Assembly: GCF_004365815.1 (NCBI RefSeq)
Contig: NZ_SODD01000006.1
Span: forward strand, 1 to 32,000
Direction: 5' to 3'
Source: Breznakia blatticola
GTDB lineage: Bacteria > Bacillota_I > Bacilli_A > Erysipelotrichales > Erysipelotrichaceae
Length of the DNA stretch: 32,000 nt
Under the pieces are notes generated by a model. The model had not been told where the DNA came from. It saw only the letters and a list, made by a program, of their open reading frames with translations, and did not search any database. Both the position numbers and the translations under genes were made by a program. Below are positions 25,854 to 32,000 of this stretch, piece by piece. The stretch's first letter is position 1. The number at the start of each line of letters is the position of its first letter.

Positions 25854-26738
25854 TTACACAATACCAAATGCCGACAAAGTAATACAAACAATAATTAGTC
25901 CGATAAGTATTGTTGTTGTTTTAACTTTCTTACCTAATAACCAATACATAATTAGGAAAAATACTGCTGGGAAGAATGCAGGCATAATTTGATTGATATA
26001 TCCCTGAAGTGGTTCTGCAAAATCCCCACTACCAATTTGAATTGGTAACTCAAAGTATATGTTTGTTGCTGCCATTCCACCAATAACCATCAATCCTAAA
26101 ATTGATGCTGCTGTTGTGATTTTAGAAATAATTCCACTATTACCTAAATCATTAAAGAACTTAGCTCCCAGTTTAAATCCTTTATCTAAACATACATAAC
26201 GTAAGATAAAGTGTGGCACATTAATAATCAGTAAGAATGCGATTGGACCCATGATATTTCCTTGGTTTGATAAAGAGATTGCTACTCCAGCTGCAATAAC
26301 TTTCAATGTTCCCCAGAAAAATGAATCTCCTACTCCAGCCATTGGTCCCATTAAACTTGATTTTACTGCATTAATACTTGAAGCATCGAATTCTGGATTT
26401 CGGGAATTTTCTTCTTCCATTGCTCCAGAAATACCAACTAACAACGTACAGATGTGTGGTGTTACTGACATAAACTCCAAATGACGTTGTAATGCAAGTG
26501 CACGATCTTCTTCTGAATCATACAGTCTACGAATAATTGGAGCCATCATATATGCATATGCTAAGTTTTGCATACGTTCATAGTTCCATGATGAATCAAG
26601 TGTTTTCACAATATTCAAAACTTCTTCTTCATCTTTGATAATTCCTATAATTATATTTAAATCCAAAAGATATCCTACATATGACTTTTTTAAATATTCA
26701 TTACTTTTCCCTTTAAAAAACCCCTTATCATCAGACAA
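25854..26738 (-). CDS. PTS mannose/sorbose-family EIID-like membrane protein; orphan, with an uncertain 5' end
   Basis: SSWNYERMQNLAYAYMMAPIIRRLY...LQRHLEFMSVTPH...GISGAMEE is the IID signature. The annotated ATG lies inside the asnS terminator stem, and the N-terminus is atypical. Confidence 0.6.
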   Translation of the reverse strand: MSDDKGFFKGKSNEYLKKSYVGYLLDLNIIIGIIKDEEEVLNIVKTLDSSWNYERMQNLAYAYMMAPIIRRLYDSEEDRALALQRHLEFMSVTPHICTLLVGISGAMEEENSRNPEFDASSINAVKSSLMGPMAGVGDSFFWGTLKVIAAGVAISLSNQGNIMGPIAFLLIINVPHFILRYVCLDKGFKLGAKFFNDLGNSGIISKITTAASILGLMVIGGMAATNIYFELPIQIGSGDFAEPLQGYINQIMPAFFPAVFFLIMYWLLGKKVKTTTILIGLIIVCITLSAFGIV

Positions 26739-26752
26739 TCTGATAACAAGGG
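26713..26752 (-). terminator. Rho-independent terminator of asnS
   Basis: On the minus strand: CCCTTGTTATCAGA ttg TCTGATGATAAGGGG (imperfect stem), followed by TTTTTT. Confidence 0.7.
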
Positions 26753-26761
26753 ATGTTTGTA

Positions 26762-28144
26762 CTAAAATTTTAAGTTTTTAGGTGTACGTGGGAATGGTTC
26801 AACATCACGAATGTTTTGCATACCTGTTAAATACATCAACATACGGTCGAATCCTAAACCAAATCCTGCATGTTTACAACCACCGTAGCGACGTAAATCC
26901 ATGTACCATTGTAAATGTTCACTTTCCATGTTCATTTCTTTCATACGCGCTTCTAATACGTCATAACGCTCTTCACGTTGTGATCCACCAACAAGTTCTC
27001 CAACTCCTGGTACTAATAAATCACACGCAGCAACTGTTTTGTTGTCATCGTTGACGCGCATATAGAATGCTTTGATATCTTTTGGATAATCTGTTAAGAA
27101 TACAGGACCATCTACAACTTGCTCACAAATGTAACGTTCGTGTTCACTGTTTAAGTCCATTCCCCAGAATACTTTGTTGTCAAATTTAACATCTGCTTTT
27201 TCTAGGATTTCAACAGCTTCTGTATATGTCATACGTTTGAACTGAGAATCACGCACTTTGGTAATACGGTTGATTGCATCTTTATCAATCATCGTGTTAA
27301 AGAAGTTCATTTCTTCTGGTGCGTTTTCTAATACATAATCAATACAGAATTTAATCATATCTTCAATTAAATCCATGTCATCATCTAAATCCGCGAATGC
27401 GATTTCCGGTTCAATCATCCAGAACTCACTTGCATGTCTTGATGTATTTGAGTTTTCTGCTCTAAATGCAGGACCAAATGTATACACATCTCTAAAAGCC
27501 ATCGCAAATGCTTCTACGTGTAATTGTCCAGTTACGGTTAAGAATGCTTCTTTACCAAAGAAGTCTTCTTCATAGTTTGCATCATCTCTAGTAGTTGCAG
27601 TAAACATTTCTCCTGCACCTTCTCCATCATTACCCGTAATGATTGGTGTATGTACATATACGAATCCTTGGTTTTGGAAGAATTCGTGAATTGCCATACT
27701 CAATACACTACGTAGACGGAAAATTGCATAGAACGTATTTGCTCTAGGACGTAAATGCGCAATTTCACGCATATACTCAAATGAATGACGTTTCTTTTGT
27801 AATGGATAACTTGGATCACAAGCACCTAGTAATTCCATTTCTTTCACTTCTACTTCAAATGGTTGTTTACCTTCTGGTGTTGCTTTCAGTTTTCCCATAA
27901 CACGAATGGCACTACCTGTACCATATTTTGTAATGGCATCATATCCTTTGATGTCACCTTTGTATACTAACTGACAATTTCGGAAGTAACTACCATCATT
28001 CATCTCAATAAATCCTACTTTTCCATTATCACGGTTGGTACGGATCCATCCTTCTAATTCTACATACTCTAATGAATCGATTTCCATGGTTGAGCCTGTT
28101 AGCATCATCTCATAGAGTTCTCTAATGGTAATAAATTCAAACAT
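26762..28144 (-). CDS. asnS: Asparagine--tRNA ligase
   Basis: Class IIb aaRS pattern: an N-terminal OB fold ([22 protein letters not shown]); motif 2 [21 protein letters not shown]; motif 3 [20 protein letters not shown] ribosome-binding site, with the start 2 nt after the rex stop. Confidence 0.97.
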   Translation of the reverse strand: MFEFITIRELYEMMLTGSTMEIDSLEYVELEGWIRTNRDNGKVGFIEMNDGSYFRNCQLVYKGDIKGYDAITKYGTGSAIRVMGKLKATPEGKQPFEVEVKEMELLGACDPSYPLQKKRHSFEYMREIAHLRPRANTFYAIFRLRSVLSMAIHEFFQNQGFVYVHTPIITGNDGEGAGEMFTATTRDDANYEEDFFGKEAFLTVTGQLHVEAFAMAFRDVYTFGPAFRAENSNTSRHASEFWMIEPEIAFADLDDDMDLIEDMIKFCIDYVLENAPEEMNFFNTMIDKDAINRITKVRDSQFKRMTYTEAVEILEKADVKFDNKVFWGMDLNSEHERYICEQVVDGPVFLTDYPKDIKAFYMRVNDDNKTVAACDLLVPGVGELVGGSQREERYDVLEARMKEMNMESEHLQWYMDLRRYGGCKHAGFGLGFDRMLMYLTGMQNIRDVEPFPRTPKNLKF

Positions 28145-28146
28145 CG

Positions 28147-28779
28147 TTACTCTCCTTTTTTATCTTTCGCGTTTGTTTCAAATACAAGTTCTTGTATACT
28201 ACTTACAACATCGACTACTTTTACGGATACGTAGTCTGGAACTTGTATATATTTATGCGTGAAATCAACGATTCCACGAATACCGTTTGCTATAAGTCGG
28301 TCCACAGTTTGTTGCACATTATCACTAATGGCAAGAATTGCAATACGACATCCTTCTGGCATTTCTTTTTCCAATTCATCGATTGGATAAACAGGTACGC
28401 CAAAACGAGTTCCTTGTCGATCTGGATTGCTATCAAAAGCAACTGCAATCTCCCCAACAACGTGGTCCCAATTGTTGTATTTTAGTAATGCACGTCCTAA
28501 ATTCCCTGCTCCTACTAAAATAATCTTCTCATCAAAATCCACACCTAATTGTTCATTAAATATTTCGATTAAGGTATCAATATCATACCCATATCCTTGC
28601 TTTCCTAAATTCCCCAATAAAGAAAAATCACGACGAATCGTCGTTGACTCAATTCCTGTTAAAGCACTTAAATCTTTAGACATGATTCTTTCATTTCCAT
28701 ATTTCTTCAATCGTCTAAGCGCTTTAAGATATACCGGATATCTTTGTAAGGTTGCCTTAGGTACTTTTCTACTTTCCAT
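28147..28779 (-). CDS. rex: Redox-sensing transcriptional repressor Rex
   Basis: [20 protein letters not shown]...[20 protein letters not shown]...GYGYDI...[12 protein letters not shown] (winged helix plus Rossmann GxGxxG). The start is moved to the ATG at 28779 (GGTGA ribosome-binding site); the track's 35 extra codons are leader sequence. Confidence 0.92.
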   Translation of the reverse strand: MESRKVPKATLQRYPVYLKALRRLKKYGNERIMSKDLSALTGIESTTIRRDFSLLGNLGKQGYGYDIDTLIEIFNEQLGVDFDEKIILVGAGNLGRALLKYNNWDHVVGEIAVAFDSNPDRQGTRFGVPVYPIDELEKEMPEGCRIAILAISDNVQQTVDRLIANGIRGIVDFTHKYIQVPDYVSVKVVDVVSSIQELVFETNAKDKKGE

Positions 28780-28904
28780 GTTTATCACCCATGTGTATTG
28801 TAACACATAAGTGCTACTTGTGAAATAATTAATTTTCGTCACAAGTGATTCTAATGAACATATAAAATGATATGTTTTATGCACTTCTTTTCACATATCT
28901 GCAA

Positions 28905-28932
28905 ATACAACAAAAGGCGAATAAACGCCTCT
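28905..28932 (-). terminator. Terminator-like hairpin between the ATPase gene and rex
   Basis: On the minus strand: (CAAG)AGGCG tttatt CGCCT, followed by TTTGTTGTATTT. Confidence 0.5.
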
Positions 28933-28971
28933 TGTTATCGTATGATTAACCCTCTCTGTTAACCTGTATAA

Positions 28972-29000
28972 ATCCTACACTTGAATAGCTAACTTGTCAA
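28972..29000 (-). promoter_or_regulatory. Candidate sigma-A promoter, TTGACA-17 nt-TAGGAT
   Basis: On the minus strand, the -35 TTGACA is at 29000-28995 and the -10 TAGGAT at 28977-28972, with an exact 17-nt spacer. Confidence 0.4.
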
Positions 29001-29002
29001 TT

Positions 29003-29019
29003 TTGTGAGTTTGTTCACA
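29003..29019. promoter_or_regulatory. Candidate Rex operator
   Basis: TTGTGAgtttgTTCACA matches the TTGTGAA-N4-TTCACAA Rex consensus, with TGTGA-N6-TCACA spacing. It lies 2 nt upstream of the candidate -35. Confidence 0.55.
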
Positions 29020-29058
29020 TGTGCTTCAATTTTATATGAGAGTTAAATTTGCATTTTA

Positions 29059-30663
29059 TTAAATCATTATATTTAAAGGCAATAAAAGTTTCTTAAATTC
29101 ACTTACATAAGACTCATTAAGTAAGTTGTATTTTACGACAGATTCATAATCTATTACATTTAAATTATCATTCATTAAGTATTTTTTTTGTGCATTGGCA
29201 TATTCTTCATCTTTTAAAGTTGCACTTAATATTACCTGTTTATTTAAACTTATATATATATCAATCATTTTCTTCTCTTTTGACGTTGATAACTCACCAT
29301 CTCTAAATGAATCTACTATTATCGGCAAGTCATGCTTTAACACATTCGATAAAGCAACAGTTCTACAAAAGTAATACTCATTTTCAGTACTACCTGAAAG
29401 AATCTTAGATGCTGTTGAAAAAATATCTTTATAAATCGTAGAGGTGTCTAATTCAATTTTTGCTTGAAGTTTGTTCATCTCATTTACTATATTATTTTTC
29501 ACTTCTAAAAACTTCTTGTTTTCATCTCCATTAATTGTTGAAGATATCTCTAAATCATTTTTTAGTTCAGATATCTCTACATCTAATTTTTCTATCTGCT
29601 CCAAATATTGGTTTACATTCTTAATTTCTTCATGATAAACCAAATAATCGAGAGTTTCTTTTGGTGTATTCATCATAAATGATCGCTTTGAATCGATTAT
29701 TTTAGCAATATTCAAATTATACTCTTCAACAATTTCGTTTTTAAGTAAAATTTGTCCTTCAATTGCTGAAATAATGTTTTTTCTAACATCCTTGTTGCTT
29801 GTATCGAATTGAAAGCCTTTTTTTATATATATCACTTTATCACTCCCACATTCTCCACAAATTAAGTTTCCCTCCTCAACCTTACGATTAAGAGAATTTA
29901 ACTCATGTATAAGTTCTTGAAGTTTTATAATCCTATTAATTTCTCTTGTTCTTTTTTTCTTTATTTCGATATGTTCGCTTTCCAATGTTTGTAACTGTAG
30001 TCGGACTGTCTCAGATTCTTCAATATCAATCGTCTTACTAACTGATTCAAATACTTTTTTATTGCTTTGAATAAATCTCACCTTTTTTTCTAAATTCTTT
30101 TTTTCGTCTTTTTTTAATTTAATATCGCTTTTAAGCTTTTCAAGATCTGAATTTGGTAAGATTGCATGTCCTGCGATACTGGCAATCATCTTCAAGAAGT
30201 CATCTTTATTACATCCCATTTTATTGATAATATTTGCCGGATTTCTTTTATCTTGAGGAATAATAGACATTTCATAATACACTGAAAAGTCTACAATTTT
30301 CTCCTTATTTGCTTTTTTATACTTTGGCAAGGGAATAATACTTGAATTTACAAAGTACTTAAACTCACTTATTGAATCGAAAATATGTAGTTTTTCATTT
30401 TCTATTAACAATATGCAATTTTTTCTTCGAACAATTTTTAGATCCTTTTCATTTATCGTGCACTCTAAGTAAGTATAGTAATTTTTTATATCTATTCCAT
30501 CAGGAAACGAATCTGAAGCACCTAGAGTATAACTTATGGATTGTAAAACAACCGTTTTTCCCTTGTTATTATCAAGGCTAAATAGGATATTAACTCCGTT
30601 ATTTATTCTACTTTCAACGTATGCTTCTTGTGAATTACCGATTGCCACTTTTTTAATTATCAT
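29059..30663 (-). CDS. Rad50/SMC-like ABC ATPase with a long coiled-coil insert and a central CxxC (LmuB-like architecture)
   Basis: Motifs by residue: Walker A NKGKT (aa 33-37); Q-loop IIPQD (aa 133-137); K/E/L-rich heptad-like region about aa 170-410; CGEC at aa 269-272 of 534; signature-like LSGS (aa 422-425); Walker B PIIVDSF (aa 447-453). AGGGGGA ribosome-binding site, and an 11-nt overlap with the upstream gene. Confidence 0.7.
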   Translation of the reverse strand: MIIKKVAIGNSQEAYVESRINNGVNILFSLDNNKGKTVVLQSISYTLGASDSFPDGIDIKNYYTYLECTINEKDLKIVRRKNCILLIENEKLHIFDSISEFKYFVNSSIIPLPKYKKANKEKIVDFSVYYEMSIIPQDKRNPANIINKMGCNKDDFLKMIASIAGHAILPNSDLEKLKSDIKLKKDEKKNLEKKVRFIQSNKKVFESVSKTIDIEESETVRLQLQTLESEHIEIKKKRTREINRIIKLQELIHELNSLNRKVEEGNLICGECGSDKVIYIKKGFQFDTSNKDVRKNIISAIEGQILLKNEIVEEYNLNIAKIIDSKRSFMMNTPKETLDYLVYHEEIKNVNQYLEQIEKLDVEISELKNDLEISSTINGDENKKFLEVKNNIVNEMNKLQAKIELDTSTIYKDIFSTASKILSGSTENEYYFCRTVALSNVLKHDLPIIVDSFRDGELSTSKEKKMIDIYISLNKQVILSATLKDEEYANAQKKYLMNDNLNVIDYESVVKYNLLNESYVSEFKKLLLPLNIMI

Positions 30664-31702
30664 AATATCCCCCTAACGTTACACTAATAATATATTTTGA
30701 AGACAGCTCAGATAATTCACTAGGCAAGTTAGTGATCTTATTCATTACATTTTGGTAGACATACTCTACATCATCACGTTTTCTGACTTCCTCAACTACG
30801 ACATCTAAAAAGCTAAATAATTCGACAGGATTATTTAGATTAAAAAAAGCACGACTAATTTCTGCATAGATTGATAGAATAATATCTTTTTGTTCTTCAT
30901 GACCTTTTTCATTCAAATAATTATTTGAAAACCGCAAGGGCGTACCAATAATATCATTGTTAAATAAATCATAACCAATAACTCTTGAAATTATAAATGA
31001 TTCAATGTTTTTTCTTTTTATATATTTTTTATATTTCTCACACTCCGATATTGAATTTATTTTTTCATTCTCTACACATATAAGTTTTAATGTCATTCTC
31101 ATAGTTGTAATTTCACCAAACATCATTTCTAATTTCGCATCATCTAGACTCTCTAACGCTTTCACAGGCAATGAATTGATTACATGCTCACTTTTCGTTC
31201 TGGAATCTACAACTATTTCAAGATTTGAAAAAAAATCAAAATAGACCTTTTCCTCAATAGATTTATGGTAATCGTGACCGTAAGATTTATCAATTTCATT
31301 ATAAAATGATTTCATAATTAAATCTTTTTTCTTTGGTTTAAAACAGTTTATATCCAATTTGATAAAATTTTCACCAGTATCAGGCGTAATTAAGTAATTC
31401 TTAGGCAAAACCCTACAGTATAAAACATATTGTTTAAAATATATATTAGAAAGGTGGTTGCTAAATAATGTAATTAATGATTCTCCAATTTTTGATGCAT
31501 TAAAGGAAGTGTAGTTTTTGGCTTGTGCATCGATTATATATTCAAATGCTAATGTGGAAGCTGATATATCATTAAACATGTCAACTAGAAAAATATCATC
31601 TACACTCTTGTTTTTTAGAGTATTCATTAAATAAAGCATAGCCTTCGTTTCATACTCTTCACCTTTAGGCATATTTTGTTCTGTTCTCTTGAATGTATAC
31701 AA
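30653..31702 (-). CDS. Restriction-endonuclease-like (PD-(D/E)XK / Mrr- or Cap4-like motif) protein, candidate effector (LmuA-like position)
   Basis: The N-terminal GEEYETKAMLYL...IFLVDMFNDIS...YIIDAQAKNY gives E16/E17, D41, and D58-A-Q60-A-K62 (DNA about 31517-31582). TTG start with GAGGTG 7 nt upstream. The nuclease assignment is an inference from a short motif. Confidence 0.5.
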   Translation of the reverse strand: MYTFKRTEQNMPKGEEYETKAMLYLMNTLKNKSVDDIFLVDMFNDISASTLAFEYIIDAQAKNYTSFNASKIGESLITLFSNHLSNIYFKQYVLYCRVLPKNYLITPDTGENFIKLDINCFKPKKKDLIMKSFYNEIDKSYGHDYHKSIEEKVYFDFFSNLEIVVDSRTKSEHVINSLPVKALESLDDAKLEMMFGEITTMRMTLKLICVENEKINSISECEKYKKYIKRKNIESFIISRVIGYDLFNNDIIGTPLRFSNNYLNEKGHEEQKDIILSIYAEISRAFFNLNNPVELFSFLDVVVEEVRKRDDVEYVYQNVMNKITNLPSELSELSSKYIISVTLGGYYDN

Positions 31703-31747
31703 ACATTCTCACCTCGTTCCTTAATTATGTAAATCGGCTCACAAATA

Positions 31748-31777
31748 ATTATACACTATTTATTTATATATTTGTAA
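31748..31777 (-). promoter_or_regulatory. Candidate promoter of the two-gene module (TTACAA-18 nt-TATAAT)
   Basis: On the minus strand, the -10 TATAAT is at 31753-31748 and the -35-like TTACAA at 31777-31772. Confidence 0.3.
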
Positions 31778-31818
31778 TCTATTTTTTTGTAGAAAATATC
31801 CATAAAATCGAATACGCA

Positions 31819-31856
31819 TATAAAAACAACGCCACTTTCTCAAGTTAGCGTTGTTT
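31819..31856 (-). terminator. Rho-independent terminator of the upstream GH1 gene
   Basis: On the minus strand: AACAACGC, a 15-nt loop, GCGTTGTT, followed by TTTATAT. Confidence 0.7.
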
Positions 31857-31871
31857 TATTATGTTTCATGT

Positions 31872-32000
31872 TTAATCCAAGTCTTCACCATTAGAAGTAA
31901 TTACTTTTTGCATCCATGCATAACTATCTTTTTTGATGCGTTTTGCACTACCTTTACCATAGTCATCAATGTCTACATAGATAAATCCATAGCGTTTACT
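31872..32000 (-). CDS. C-terminal 42 codons of a GH1 (6-phospho-)beta-glucosidase (partial)
   Basis: My own translation: SKRYGFIYVDIDDYGKGSAKRIKKDSYAWMQKVITSNGEDLD*. This is the typical GH1 C-terminus (KRYGFIYVD...R..K.S..W...VI..NG). Confidence 0.85.
   Translation of the reverse strand, partial: SKRYGFIYVDIDDYGKGSAKRIKKDSYAWMQKVITSNGEDLD

Noticed and set aside
28797-28805. Extended -10 element TGTTACAAT as the rex promoter.
   Set aside because: Transcription would start on or within the rex SD, since only about 6 nt separate the -10 from GGGTGA, leaving no usable leader. The upstream TTGACA-17-TAGGAT promoter with its adjacent Rex box is more plausible, though unproven.
28780-28975. T-box riboswitch in the leader of rex-asnS. 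The idea arose because a tRNA ligase lies downstream, an AGAGAGGG string is present, there is a terminator-like hairpin, and GGGTGAT sits near the start.
   Set aside because: There is no match to the conserved T-box sequence (AGGGTGGTACCGCG-like) paired with a terminator. The GGGTGA is simply the rex SD. The leader is too short for Stem I, Stem III and an antiterminator, and the first gene is rex rather than the ligase.
2113-31244. About 20 short plus-strand ORFs (60-130 aa) from the six-frame track. Examples: 2113-2322, 2651-2929, 4755-4946, 7674-8233, 9772-10047, 14371-14646 (minus strand), 17912-18136, 18402-18725, 18976-19319, 19680-19892, 24264-24494 (minus strand), 26251-26484, 26782-27054, 27375-27575, 28192-28810, 30372-30581, 31005-31244.
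   Set aside because: All lie antisense inside long ORFs that have strong family motifs. They have no SD, their composition is low-complexity (runs of S, L, F, I), and they show no recognisable motif. Such ORFs are expected by chance opposite AT-rich coding DNA.
28988-31849. A 9-bp inverted repeat, GCTAACTTG (28988-28996) and CAAGTTAGC (31841-31849), flanking the two-gene module; considered as possible transposon ends.
   Set aside because: A 9-mer match between two flanks of about 150 nt is roughly what chance predicts in DNA this AT-rich. The right copy lies inside a terminator hairpin. No transposase or target-site duplication is visible.

Overview
AT-rich chromosomal window from a low-GC Gram-positive (Bacillota-type) organism, judged from GGAGG-type ribosome-binding sites, PTS operons, Rex and an SdpR/SdpI pair. 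No rRNA, tRNA or CRISPR array was recognised.

Core genes, in order:
- guaA
- a membrane metallophosphoesterase
- an esterase
- a Cof-type HAD phosphatase
- a fructose-family PTS operon (EIIA, EIIB, EIIC, GatZ/KbaZ-like protein, PRD regulator)
- an sdpR/sdpI-like pair
- a divergent PTS EIIBC and GH1 6-phospho-beta-glucosidase pair with an RpiR regulator
- an orphan PTS IID gene
- a coupled rex-asnS pair
- the 3' end of a second GH1 gene

Two accessory insertions stand out.

(1) About 250-10200, directly downstream of guaA. It holds a six-gene, translationally coupled minus-strand operon: a Z1/SF2-like P-loop protein, a GHKL (MORC-like) ATPase, two proteins with no recognisable motifs, a PD-(D/E)XK protein and a C5 cytosine methyltransferase. 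After it come a separate HNH nuclease gene, a repeat-rich non-coding tail, and the terminus of an IS66-family element.

(2) 29059-31702, between rex and a GH1 gene. It holds a two-gene module: a restriction-endonuclease-like protein plus a Rad50/SMC-like ABC ATPase. The ATPase has a long coiled coil and a CxxC exactly at its midpoint. The architecture resembles Lamassu, but I cannot verify homology.

Both are candidate defence systems. The first is the best candidate for something mechanistically undescribed. All functional calls rest on motif recognition by eye; no database search was possible.
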